Source: Balamuthia mandrillaris
Taxonomy: Eukaryota
Length of the DNA stretch: 59,870 nt
Assembly (NCBI GenBank): GCA_031835245.2
Contig: JAVKOQ020000053.1
Span: 186,001-245,870, forward strand
Direction: 5' to 3'
Position numbers and translations under genes: made by a program. The notes under the pieces are model-generated. The model saw nothing but the letters and a program-made list of their open reading frames with translations. It did no database searches and was not told the origin of the DNA. The first letter of the stretch is position 1. Every line of letters starts with the position of its first letter. Positions 13,315-25,567 of this stretch are shown here, piece after piece.

Positions 13315-13555
13315 CGGTATATGTGAGGTAAGACTTCCATTGCGCAACTCTTTGTGTTAAAGAGAGAGCGAGAGGAGAGGTTGCAAGAGGAGAAATTGGC
13401 TTTACCAGCACTTATCTGAGCACTTTTATGTTATTTATTTATGTTGAACGTTCTTCATGGCAACCAAAACTGAGAAGCAACATAATGTTTGACTGAACGC
13501 CGTTGGTTTGTGCTTTCTTGTTTATTTAACATTTAACGCGCTTGGTGTTTTTGCT

Positions 13556-13932
13556 TCACTTCCAACTTTTTCTCTTTTTGAGGGCGGAGGCACCAAGCGG
13601 CAATGTGAAGCGAAGGTTTTCAAGCGGTGTCGTTGCACTTCCACCACTATTCTTGCGAAGGTGTTCTTCTACAATAGAGCGAAGATTACCTGCAGGTCCT
13701 GCAACGAATTCGCAACAACCACTACTGCTGTCTTGTCCTAACGCTCCACATGCTATCTCTACAACGCCAACCTTTGCTGTGGCTACTTCTCTAAAACACT
13801 TTTGTAAATAGCCGCTTGCATAACCTACAAGAGAAATAGAAGGTAGGATAGAAAGGGGATAAGGGAGAGAGAGGAGAAGAGAGTAAGAGAGAGCGAAAGA
13901 GCGAAAGAAAGAAAGAGAAAGAGAGAAAGCGG

Positions 13933-13971
<39 letters not shown>

Positions 13972-16900
13972 GGTCAGCGAAGCTGAAACAAGCTAAGGTA
14001 AATGCGAAAGTAAAAAAAGGGAGTTACCAGCACAGACAACACAGAGGGGAGCCACCTGATGCCGCAGTTCAGCAGCAATAGGGCGATGTGGCCCGTGTTC
14101 CTCTTTTCCGTCCGTTCCAAAGTAATGACGATAGGACTCGGCTTCAACGCTCCGTTTAAGCTGAAATTTTACCAGAAAAGGGACCTTGGACTTGCTCTCC
14201 GGCTCCAAGACGGATGCTTGTAGGTCCACGTCGAGCTTGCCCCATCCTAGATGACCTGCGACTGTCTGTAAACTCATCACTTTTTGCACTAATGCTGCTC
14301 TGTATGCATGCAGCGTAATAAGAAAGGTTAATACTGAATGCAATGGAAAAAACAAGAAGGGGAGGAATAAAAATGAAGGAGAACGAGCGCTCACTTGTGG
14401 AGGTTGGCATGGGATGAAAGGCAAATATCAGCTTTACCAAGTGCTCTACCAAGGTTGTACATGAGATGAGCAGCCAAAGACGGTATAATAGGTCGCTTGA
14501 GTTGAGATTCCACACCGTTTGTATTTGGCTCCGACGGCACAACTGAACTCAACAAATTGCTGAGCTCAGCGGTGAGACTCTGAGCAAGCAATAATGTGTA
14601 TCTCTCGCCAGCGAGAGTGATGCTGCCTTCAGATGGGTCAAAGTCTTGCTGCAAGCTGAGAAAGGAATAAAAACGCCGACTGAGCTGTGCCAGCTGAGCT
14701 AAGCCTGCCACTGTTGTTGGCGTTGCTGATGAACTCATGCTTTGACTCATAGCCGCCGTTAGATTCGCGGTGGATGACCATGGTCGCGATGCTCCTTTTG
14801 AGAACTCGCTTTTAGCGACACAACGTTTGCGAAGGAGAAAAATGAGGAGGAGAAGAACAAGAGAAGCAAGGAAAGAAACCTGATTTGGTCAAGAGAAAAG
14901 AGAGTCGTCGAGAGGAGGATCTCTTTTCTTTGAGTTGCTTCTCAGGTGGACTGGTTAGCTTCTTCTTGCAATCGCCACATCTAGTAATGTGTATCTTGTT
15001 CCTTTGTTCGGTGCTGAGCCCATGCTCAGAGCAGTACTGACCAACTTTGTGTTCTATCATGGAGGAATGAGAAACCAAGAATGAACATTGGTTTGCTCCT
15101 TTTAAATTTAAAAAATAACAAAGTTAGCATTTTTATAAAAAAAACAGTTTGTTGAACTGAAGATTAAAAAAAACCTTGAGAGACACATTCTACTTCCACA
15201 CATACTAGATCCATGTCATAACTTGCTGCAGCCCATCCGCCTAAATGCCCTGAATGCATCATACACACGCACCTTAGAAACCAAAAGCCGAAAGAAAAAT
15301 GAGTATAAGTGCTAACATGCAGAGTTGCAATTTGTTCAACAAAAGGAGTTGAGGTGTAGAAACCTATCCGGCCGCTGTTCTGTGGTATCATGGAGCCACG
15401 AAGAGGCTTCGAATGTGGAATGAGCTTTAATTTCGAGGTGAAAGGTCTCAGAGGTTGGGTGTGGTGCTTTGTGAACCAACTCGCTCAAACAGTTGCCTTT
15501 GAATGCGCTTGCCACCAAACCTTGAGAAAAATCAATTAGTAAAAGTCGTAACCAAACAAACGAAAATAGTACGTGAAAAAAATAATCACCTGCTGCTAGA
15601 AGCTTTTCTTTTTGGTGCGGCTGAGAGTAACTGCAATTCTTTCTAAAGAGTTGGCACTCCGAATGCCCCATCAAGAATCCTAGTTCATATAGTAAATCAT
15701 ATGTAACGTTGGGTTGTTCCATTGCTCCAATCCTAAACGGCAATAACAATATTTGTTGCCGAATAGATGTTATAAACCCCACCGACAAAGCTTTGGCATT
15801 TAGCAAAAGGAAACGTTGTCCAAAGAGGCTTAGTTCTCCAGTTTTGGGAAGTTGACAAAGTTGACCAAAACATCGTTCAGCCTCTTCCTCTATCTCCATG
15901 AAAAGCTGGCATTTTTCTTGTGATACTATGATGGCTCTGCACTTGCGTTCTTTTTGTTTTCTGGATAGTGAAAGATGTGTTAGGAAAGAGGTGTTAAAGA
16001 AGACATTTACTTACGTTGCTTCATTATCTTTCTCTGGGTTTGGAATTTGTTCTGGTGGTGAATCTTTCTGGTTAGCCTTGTCTTCAGGTTTATCATCAAC
16101 TTCTTCCTCTTCCTCTGCTTCCGCTTCTGCTTCCTTTGGTGTTATGGCAGCTTCTGTGATTTAAGTATAAATTGTTAGAGGTTAATTCAGGCAAGCATAT
16201 TTAAAAAAAAAAAACGCAAACGCAGGGAATAACAAATACCATCGCGAGGAGCGGTATCAGATACAGAGTTTTCAGAGGAGGTGACATCATCTGAGTCGGT
16301 GTTAGCCTTAACTTTTTTGGTTCGTGGCTGTGTTCGCCACAAACTTGGTTGTGCTTTCAACGATAGCGCATACAATTTATCCTGTTAAAATATTGCGTTA
16401 GATGAGAGAGAGAGAGAGAGCCAGCAAGGAGAGGGTGAGAGAGGAAAGAAACCTCATCCCAAAGAGGCTGAATGCAACGAATATAAGCATCGACTGAAGG
16501 ATAGGACGAAGAGGTAGGGAAAAGAGAGCATTGAGCTTGGAAGATTGGGTCCAAGCGTTCATACAGCAATTGTAAAAGTTCCATGTTGATGGATCCATCG
16601 CCCAGATACCTTTTGTTTCCTTCGTGCATAAACATTAAGTCTTTTGCCACAATCCCTGTTTTAATTTATTTGTCAAGTAGTCAGTAGAGCAGCAAGGAGA
16701 AAAGGTGCAAAGAGAGAGAGCGATAGAGAAGAGAGAAGAGCGAAGAGCGAAGAAGAGAGATTGAAAGAAACCAATATAAGGGATATATCCAGAAGAACTG
16801 GAGCGAATGGCTTCACGATAGTTCTTGAAGTTATCCTTTGGACCAAGTAACTCTTCCAGAGATTCCCATTCCTTCACGTAAGCTGGTGGTAGTTGTTCCC

Positions 16901-17295
16901 ACGTGTTGCTCAACCGCTTCACTGCATGATGGTTCAGTCCAGCAAAGATAGCCATTAAACTGTTCCAGTTTCGTAGCTTTTGACATTCTCTTGCCACACG
17001 AAGTGTTTTTGTCAATATCTGTTATATTACAAAGTATCAAGAAAATGAGTTACTTTAAAGCGAAAGATAACAAGAAAAGCATTACCTTGACGCGATTATC
17101 TTGCTGCTTTGTTCGAACGATTTTGCTAACTATCCAATAGCTAAGTTTGTTGAATTGACGGGTCAACCTCCGTACTGATGGCGGTTGTTCGCTGCTCAAC
17201 CCCAACTGTACCCAATCCTCTGCTTTTATACGCTTGAAAAGCTTGAAGTCCAACGCTTGCAATCCTCTTCATCAACGTTCAGATTCATCAGCCAA

Positions 17296-17339
<44 letters not shown>

Positions 17340-18979
17340 AAGAGAAGGAAAGGAGAGAAGAGGAAAAAAGAGAGGGAGAGAGCAGGACTAAACTTGGCAA
17401 AAACTAAAGAAGGGATGTTGATAAAATGAATATTTCTGAGCTCAGCAACGCTAAGGTCGGGCCTTTGCCAATCCATGAACGATTTTCTGTGAGATGCTTT
17501 GCTGCCTCCGAAACCAATAATGTCGAAAGTCTTTGAGGAGGAAACCAGTTCATCCCTTTCAAATGTTGCAGAGAGTCTTAGTAACGACACTTCTTTGTCG
17601 TCTTCAAAAGAAGTTTCCGTTGCAAACGTAGAAGAGGAGGTCGCAGAATTCGGGCGTGGAGAGACTGAAGGAAAACTGCTGGTGCTATTCGAACAGGATG
17701 ATGCCTCAGTGGTGGTGTCGTCGTGGTCTTCATCTTCTTCAGAAGAGCTATCTTCATTGAATTTCGAATAAGAGGAAGATGAAGAAGCTGAACGAGGTCG
17801 AGTTTGAAATGTTGGTCGTAGTTGATGGTGACGGCGGCGGCGTTCAGCGCGAAGGAGAAGCAGTTTGAAAAGATTCAACGACTGTGGGTCTAGCTCTGGC
17901 TTCTTTGCTTCCATTTGGCTTCGAATGAACTGCTTAAGTTGTTTTTTCTATACCCAAAGCAAAAAAGATGACAACTCCGTCGATGAGAAAGAATGAAGCA
18001 TGAGAGCAGAAGCACAACAGCAAAGAGAGTGCAGCTGAAGATACAAAGGAGGGTAGAAGAGAGGAGAGAAGGGACAACGAACCTGAGAAGGGATGAGGCC
18101 ACCGTAGTAGCACTCGCCCCACGTTTTGAGGAAGAAGAAAAGCCCAGCAAAGACAGTGCTTGTCGCTTCGCTGCTCGAAGTACTGCCGCCTGGTACCAGC
18201 GAAGAAACAGAGGAAGAGGAAGAAGACAGAGAAGCCGAAAAAGAAGCGCCAAGGCTTCGTTGAGCTTTGCAAAGTCCTTTATAGCGTTCCATCCACAGCT
18301 GACACAAGTCATTCTTGTCGGTCTGTAAGAGCGTTTGTGCCAGCAGGAAGGCTTTCACTTGCTCTTCGATCGCCAACCGCTCCAAGTTTCCGGAGGTGAG
18401 TTCTCTCAAAAGTTTTCGTGCAAGTTGATCAAACGCTTTCGCTTTTCGTTCTTCCTTCTCTTCTTTCTCCTCCTCTTTTGTTTTGTGGTGGGTGATCGTT
18501 CCGCCTTTTTCATCCTTTTTTTCTTCGTGAGTTGCTTTGTTTTCTTCGTTGTTTTTCGGAGTGTCGACAACGTCCTTCGTGCCATCCTCCTTTTCGTTCC
18601 AAGTGTACTCCGTTTCTTGCTTTTGTTGTTGTTGATCTGGTTGCGGTGGTTCCACAAGGTCGACATTACCAAGTTGTTCTGAGGAGGCGGAGGGGGAGGA
18701 AGACGAAGAAGTTGGGCAGCTTCGAGAGAGCTTAGGTGTCGGCACGCTTTGCTTTCTCCTCCTGCTTGAGGATTTCTTTAGCTTCTTTGGCCGAAGCAGC
18801 GGAGAGTTGTGTGCTAATATTCCTCCTCTCTGTTCCTCTTCTTTTTCTTCCTCTATTTTTTCAGTTTGTTGCGGTGGTGGTCGACATTCTTCCTTGTTGT
18901 GTTCTGCCTCGTCGTCGAAAGCAAAGCCAACGGGAACGTTTTTGTGCAGAGCGCCGTCCTCCTCCCCGTTGCCGCTCAT
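13556..18979 (-). CDS. RasGEF (CDC25-homology) protein with two C-terminal XylR-N/V4R-like ligand-binding domains
   Basis: CDC25: QFNKLSYWIVSKIV, LRNWNSLMAIFAGLNHHAVKRLSNTW, NFKNYRE, IPYIGIVAKDLMFMHEGN. V4R-1: GELSLFGQRFLLL..LYELGFLMG..VCMMHSGHLGGW..VEVECVSQG..CSF. V4R-2: DPSEGSITLAGERYTLL..MYNLGRALGKAD..LCVVCAGYASGY..VEIACGALG..CCEF. Confidence 0.85.
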
Positions 18980-19696
18980 TTTTTCACGCACCAGCCCCCG
19001 CCGCCAAGTACTCCTTTGCTAAAGTGTGCGTTTTTTGGTTTCTCCGTCTGCCTGTAACGCAAAGCAACGGAAAGCAACAGAGTTTCTGCGCGAATACTCC
19101 GCCCTTAATCATTTGAATCTACGCTAATTGATATCAGGTGGCCACATCCCCTTACTTTTGAAATGGAACCGTTTATTTATTTGTGTTTGTTTTGTTGTTC
19201 TGCCATTGACAATTCATTTATTTTTTGCCTGCTGGAATCAGGAGGCTGCTAAGAAAGCGGCGTGACATGTTTGCATCCCATCCATTTTTGTTGATACTAG
19301 GCACAAGATGAATAAAAAAAAAAATAAACTAACCGCTGAGCGTTGCTTGTGTTCTCCAATATCGTCATTCCGTTGATGGGAAGACGACCACGTCTCCCTC
19401 GGCTCCGTCTGTTTATAAGGAAGTACGACAGGGCGACTGAGAACAATTCTCTGTTTTGATTCCTCCAGATTCTTTTTTAGCAACACAAAAGAAAACCTGA
19501 CCGAACACCAACCTGAACTGCTCTCTTAGTGCTTAGCAGGCGCTCTCTCTGCATACCCTCGTCCCTCTTTGCTCTCGGATTCACACCTCCTTTTCGCTCC
19601 AACTCCTCTCTCCAAATAAGCTAGTCACATCACTTAAAAAATAGTGGTTGATGTAAAGAAGTTTAACATGACAGCAATACCGCATCCCTGCAAACT

Positions 19697-20026
19697 TTAC
19701 TTGCTTCCAGTACCCTTGCAATGGCCGCACCTGATTCAGCAGGAGTTGTTTTAGACACACTACTAAAACGTTGTATGAAAGAAAACGGAGACAGAGAAAC
19801 CAATCAAAAAGGGAAGGTAAAGGGCGTACTTGTTGTTGCCACGGCCAGAGCCGCTACAGTTCGAGCAGCTTTTGCCAGAAAATTTTCCGGACCCGTTGCA
19901 CTTGCCACACTAAGGGCCAAGCATCATGACGTGAAGAAAAATCTGTTAGAAAGCAACATAGAAGGGCAACGGAAGAGCTCTTACTTGGGATTTGCCGGTG
20001 CCCTTACAAATGCTGCAGTTTCCCAT
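19697..20026 (-). CDS. 51-aa stand-alone DnaJ-type zinc-finger microprotein (4x CxxCxGxG), 3 exons
   Basis: Exons 20026-19985, 19909-19830 and 19730-19697 with GT-AG introns give MGNCSICKGTGKSQCGKCNGSGKFSGKSCSNCSGSGRGNNKCGHCKGTGSK*. Not in the ORF track. Confidence 0.9.
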
Positions 20027-20163
20027 GGTAATTGTGATAGTAATGTAATGTTTGTGTCGTGAGTTGTGTTGAAAAAAACCGCAAAAGCCACCACCTTTAT
20101 ATTACAATGGCAAAGATTAATTCATCGCAATCGCTTATCTTGCGGAAATTCTTCAGTGAGCCC

Positions 20164-20248
20164 TTGTGTAACTTCCAATAACAACAGCGCGCAAGGCACC
20201 AAAAGGTAATGTGATAGTTGTGTAACTTCCAATAACAACACCGCGCAA
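20164..20248. repeat. Two 31-bp direct repeats (1 mismatch) upstream of the zinc-finger microgene
   Basis: TTGTGTAACTTCCAATAACAACA(G/C)CGCGCAA at 20164-20194 and 20218-20248. Confidence 0.9.
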
Positions 20249-20355
20249 TTGATCAACAAAGTTAATGAGTTTTCGTGTGTGTGGCGTAACGAAAGCCAAA
20301 TGATTTAAAGCGGAAAACTCCGCATTAAAAAAAAGGTGGTAGTCGTGTATGTTTT

Positions 20356-23310
20356 CTACACAAAGTCCCAAGAAGGTTCTATCTTGTCAATGATGGCTTT
20401 GGAATCCTCGAGCTGTACTTCTATCTTCTTTTTCATGGCAAGCACGGCCTCATCCTCTTCCTGAATGGCCTTGCGCAGAGCCTTCAGCTCCTGCCCAACA
20501 CTTTCCACGCTCCAATTGGGACTGGCTTTCTGGTAGGTAAACTTTTGGTTACGTTGTTGCTCTTGCTTCTCCTCCTGCTCGATGGTGGTCCACCTTTGCT
20601 CCAAAGCGTTGACCTCTTCTTCCAACAGAAGGAGTAGTCCATCCATGCTTATTTTCCGTTGAAACTCAGCAAAGCGATCTTCTAGTGTTGCAATGAACAT
20701 GTCCTCTGCTGCATCGTTCAACAACACACGAGAGTGATGCTTAATGAGAAAGGTGACGAGGTCATAGATGAGAGTGTTATCTCTCTTAGCTTCCCACGTG
20801 CTCTTGGCAGTTCGTCTGCGGATGATGCACGTGCCGAATGAGTCTATGATAGTTTCATAGGTCAGCCCATTGGTAGTTTGAAGGTCTGCCAGTCTCTTCA
20901 GGAACGGAAGAAGCGCATGAAGCCGTTGGTAGTGATCTTGAGGAAGTTCTGCCACGAGCGCTCTGTAACGAACTACTTGTTGTGCTGGATCTAAAAGTTC
21001 TGTGTTGTGTTGGTTTTATGTTGTCGGATGAGAACGACGATAGCGGAAGAAAAAAAAAAAGGAAGGAGGACTCAACTGGAGATTGTAAAGAAGGATGAAA
21101 CAAGCTTGTATGTGAGAATAGGAACAGGATGTTCCTTTAGTAAAGCGAGCAAGAACTTGGCTACGGCATAAGCATCTTTAGTCCGGTAAGTGTCATCGTC
21201 GTCTACTACAGGTTCGTCTGTTTTGTACAAAATCTTGAACTTGTGACCGGGTTTTCTTGTGTTATAATATAACCGTAGTGCTTTTTGTTGTTCAAGACTG
21301 CCTTGTCGCACAAACAGATCTCGTAGTTTCAGAAACGCGTCCCTATCTGTGCCATCTCCTTTGCTCAAGTAATCCACGAGTGCTTTTACAGCCATTGTTG
21401 CATTGGCCCGCTTCTCTTCCGGCCAATTGATGCTAAGTTGTACCGCTGTTCACAGAGAAATAACAGGGGGAGAACCAGAAGAAGAACAAGAATGATATGA
21501 AAGAAAAAGACAAAGTAGAACGAACGAACAACGAAAAATTAGCAATGCATTCTTATCAGGGATGGTAATCTTTGAGAAGCAATACGTACAGCTTTGGGCA
21601 ATTTTCATGGCAGTGGTGAGTGCAGATACCCATACCAACTTGTCTTCGTAAGTCGTCGCTGCAAGTTTGATCGGTTCTTTCTTCGGCTTGTCGCAGTTCA
21701 GGTGGTTGTTGCTGTCGTTGGCACTGTTGGCTTCATTGAAGATTGGTGTAGCTGTCGGCACACGAACAGGAGGAGGATAAGGAGACAACTTCCGAGAAGT
21801 GGTAGGACTGGGCATTGACCCAGAGCGAATTAACACCGAACCTCCTCCTTCAGAGTTTGCTCCACTGCTCGTGCCATCCTTCTTTCCATCCAAAGAGTGG
21901 TTAAACGATACAGGGGCTGGTTCCGAGGAACCTCTCTGAGAAGTTGTTGTTGTGGTGTTGCCGCTTGGCCACGGTTCCGATGGTTTTTCCGTGCTCCTTG
22001 GCACTATCGTAAAGGTGTGCAGAGTTCCGTCTTTGGCTTTGTCACTGGCAATTTCACTGAGATCGAGGAATCTTTGTCCAGTGATGCTGCTTCCAGAAGT
22101 CTTCAACCCATCCTTATCTTCGGGGAAAATATGAGATCCAACAGGCGACGATGAGGACGTCAAAGAAATCTCCTGTTGGTCGGCAGTTATCTCAACTACG
22201 TCTTCCAAATTGATTTCATGGCAAGGATTGGTGGCTTGGGGAGATTTGTAAAAGTAGAGCGTTACGTTGCTGAGCACGCAATAGAACTTGCGCCAGCTCT
22301 TGGATGAGGTGTTGGCCGCTCCGATCTCCTTCCACTTGAGCCAACCTTTCTTCCCAGCCACCAATTGCTTCAAGATAGGATGTAAGAGTGAGGGAGAGAG
22401 GGAGAGAGAGAAGAGAGAAGAGAGAAGAGAGAAGAGAGAAGAGAGAAGAGAGAAGAGAGAGAAGGGAGAAGGGAGGAATAACATACCCTAGCAGACGCTT
22501 GACGCGGAAGAGGGTCAAGGGTTGGACCGTCTTTGCGTGGAGATAAAACAGATATGAACGAATAGCTTCCAGTGGAGGAAGCACCGGAACCGCTCGTCTC
22601 CGAAGATCCAGTACCACTAGAACCTCCGCCCCCAATCCCTCCACTACTTGATTCGGTAGAAGAGCTGCCCGCAAGACCGCCCTTCCGCCATGAACTGCCA
22701 TACAGACCACTCGATCCAGAGCCTTTTAAGACTTTACGTTTCAACCGGCTACGAAGGCTGCCACTGGATTCTACAACAGAAGGAATGAAGGAAGAGTCCT
22801 CTGTACCATCGGGTGACATTAACGGTGACGTCGAAAGATTGGCGGTGGAAGAAGCTTCATTCTTCAAGGACGTTATGGCGCCTGGAGGCAGAGTTTGTCC
22901 CTTTTGTAACTTGTGCAGCTTGTGGAGTTTTTGTCGTTGGTGCTTGTGGAGGCGTTTAGGTAGTTCAGCGGTATTTGGTTTTTGTGCCTTGAATTTGGCT
23001 TGCAGTGAGACAGAATTAGCCAGCAAAACTGATATGTCGTGTCTGCCCATGCTCTCCGCCAACTCTTTGGCGTTTTTGCTCTCTCCGTTCTTTTGTTCTT
23101 TGGATGGAGAGCATATATGCTGGTTAAGACCACATAGGAGTACAAGAGAAGCAAGAGGAAATGAAGTAGAAAATACCCGTGGATGCCCCGTACTCAAGAA
23201 GGGAGGTAATGATGTCGGTCTTTCCGCCCTTGACCGCCAAGTGAAGACTCGTGTTTCCATAACTTTCAACACGTTAAATTTAGTTCGCAAGGCGGAGTGA
23301 GAGAGAGGAG

Positions 23311-23346
<36 letters not shown>

Positions 23347-24791
23347 GTATTCCCAACGTCAGGATTAGCTCCATTCCGCAAAAGTAGTTGTACAAGCTGC
23401 CGGTTCTCTTGAAGACTTTATGGATATGATAAGTAAGGGAATGATGAAGACCAGAACCAGAGCAGCGGCAGCTGCAACAACATAAGGTAACAATAACAGA
23501 GACAACAAAGAATAGTAGCTGAAGAGAAGAAGACAGATCAAGAAAGAAGAGCGTACACGGCATCCATCAAAGGTGTATTCCCATCATCACTCTGAGTGTC
23601 GATATTGGCACCACAGAGAATCATCCACTCAACGGCATCGGAGTATTTGTCCCAATAGAGGGCTGCGTCGGCACTCCACTGCAGCTGCGGTGGATGACAT
23701 ACCAACAGATGAAAGGAAGAACAGCCATGGTAGTGCTTGAGGTTCAACTGCTCGTTTGTTCTCTTCCCAGCTTTGTTGTGTTGGTGTCTCGGTTTTATTG
23801 TTTCTTTTTTCCTCTTTTTCTTCTTTTTCTCTTTTTCGTAGGTGCTGCTGTTGCTATTGTTGCCATTATAGTCATCTTCTTCTTCCTCGTTTTCGTTGTC
23901 ATTCTCCTCAAGCAGCAAGACCGGCGGAGCCACGTCCTTGCACTTGGCATTGAGGTTGGAGTTATGAGACGCCAAGTACTCGATTAGCTCCATGCGCTTA
24001 TGGTGATGAAGGGAAGAGGCATCGCAGGCGTAGTGCAGTGGTAGACAGTGGTGAAGGCTGTCGTGGACGTTTGGGTTGGCGTTGTACTTCTTGAGAAGTT
24101 CCTTCACAAGGGTCAAATTTCCCGTTCGCACTGCTACGTGCAGTAACGTTGTTTCGTTGGCGGCAGGAGAAGGGGAGGAGGAAGAAGTGGTGGTGGTTGA
24201 GGAGGCCTGAGTTACATTGGCATAGGAAGAAGAGAGGGGGCTGGGTGTGGTAGGTTTGGGCTGGCAGTGACGTTGGGCGAATTCTCTGACCGCTTCCACC
24301 AAGTCCTTTGTTTTCTTTTCTTTCTTTTTCATTTTCTCCTCTCCTCCTGCCATAGGATCTGAAGAAGAGGAAGAAGAGGAAGAAGAAGGATTGTGTCCTT
24401 TTTCTCTCTCTTCTGTCGGAGGGGAATGGCTGCTTGTAGTCGTTGACTCGGCGGTTTGTGTCTCTTCCAAAGAAAACGAAGAAGAGGTTAGTCCTCTTGG
24501 TGAAAGCGTGGAAGAAGTAGATATGGATGCAGCGGAGCCTGTCTGGGAAACGGCTAGGGAAGGGATAGACGAAGAGGAGGAAGTGGCGCCACCACCCTCC
24601 AACAACAGCTCTTCCAAAACATTGTCAGCACAACGTTCGTTGACCAACCCCGGTCGTTCCTTAAGTATCTTGATTACTTCGCGGGTGTAACCGGCCCATG
24701 CCAGCTGGTGTGCCCATTTCAGCGCAGCAGTTTCGCCTTTGGAGGTTGCGCTCCCACCCAAAGTCCCACCAATAACAACACCATTACTCAT
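20356..24791 (-). CDS. Ankyrin repeat / PH / RhoGAP-like multidomain protein
   Basis: ANK: TTLLHVAVRTGNLTLVKELL, LPLHYAC, DGNTPLMDA. PH: KKGWLKWK..SWRKFYCVLSNVTLYFYK..DKLVWVSAL. GAP-like: DAYAVAKFLLALLKEHPVPILT, LPQDHYQRLHALLPFLKRL. Confidence 0.85.
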
Positions 24792-24992
24792 CCTGTCCTA
24801 TCCTTTGCTCGTGTTCTCTTTTTATTGTTATTTCTTTTTTCCATTTTTTTCATAATTTTTGTAGACATATGAATGTCGACACACTTGAGGGGCACTTACT
24901 TTTCGCCTAACAAGCAGAAAAAAACAACAAAGGGCATTAGTCGCACAAACAAGAAGGGGAAGAAAGACGAGCGGGTCCGCTGATCTCGAGAG

Positions 24993-25265
24993 ATGGCATT
25001 CCGTCAAGTGCATTCCAAGGGCGCGTTGCAGTACATGCGAAACACCTGCGTGGATCCTGTGAAATCAGCTGCTTTGTCTAACACGACGAGACTCACGAAA
25101 GAGACCGGTTTGATGAAGTGGACCCATGTGGCGCCCTTCCCGAACAACACAGCAGCGCCCGCCTACCAAGTGCGTTTGCCTTCTTACAGCCATAACGTCT
25201 CCCGCCTTACCAATGACACGCAAAAGCTACAAATGCACCACGTTAAACGGGCCACAAACCTTTAA
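24993..25265 (+). CDS. Small hypothetical protein (70-90 aa, possible in-frame intron)
   Basis: ATG-initiated, non-repetitive ORF in an otherwise unexplained gap; no recognised domain. Confidence 0.3.
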   Translation: MAFRQVHSKGALQYMRNTCVDPVKSAALSNTTRLTKETGLMKWTHVAPFPNNTAAPAYQVRLPSYSHNVSRLTNDTQKLQMHHVKRATNL

Positions 25266-25567
25266 TCAATGAACACTGTTTTAACAACATTATCCTTATT
25301 TTTCCCGTTAGTGTTTCGCGTTTGTTCCTCTCCTGTCTGCTCCGGTCCCCTTTCCTCGACTCCTTTCTTTTCTCCCTCTGCTCCTCCTCCTCTTTGCGCA
25401 AAGTATTCTGTTCGTGTCGACTTGAAACGTCCTGGAAGGATTTTCCCGCCAAAAGTGCACACAACAAAATTTGAACGGAGAGGACTTTTGTTCAGGTTGT
25501 CGGCCGCAGTAGCCAACGTACAAGAAGCAGGTTCGGGAAAGATCATATGCATTAGTTGTGTACAAGA

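Noticed and set aside
19238..19486. 82-aa minus-strand ORF
   Set aside because: Non-ATG start and no motif; could be UTR or an unresolved small gene.
20164..20248. CRISPR-like repeat-spacer-repeat
   Set aside because: Only two copies, 23-nt spacer, no cas genes, eukaryotic context.
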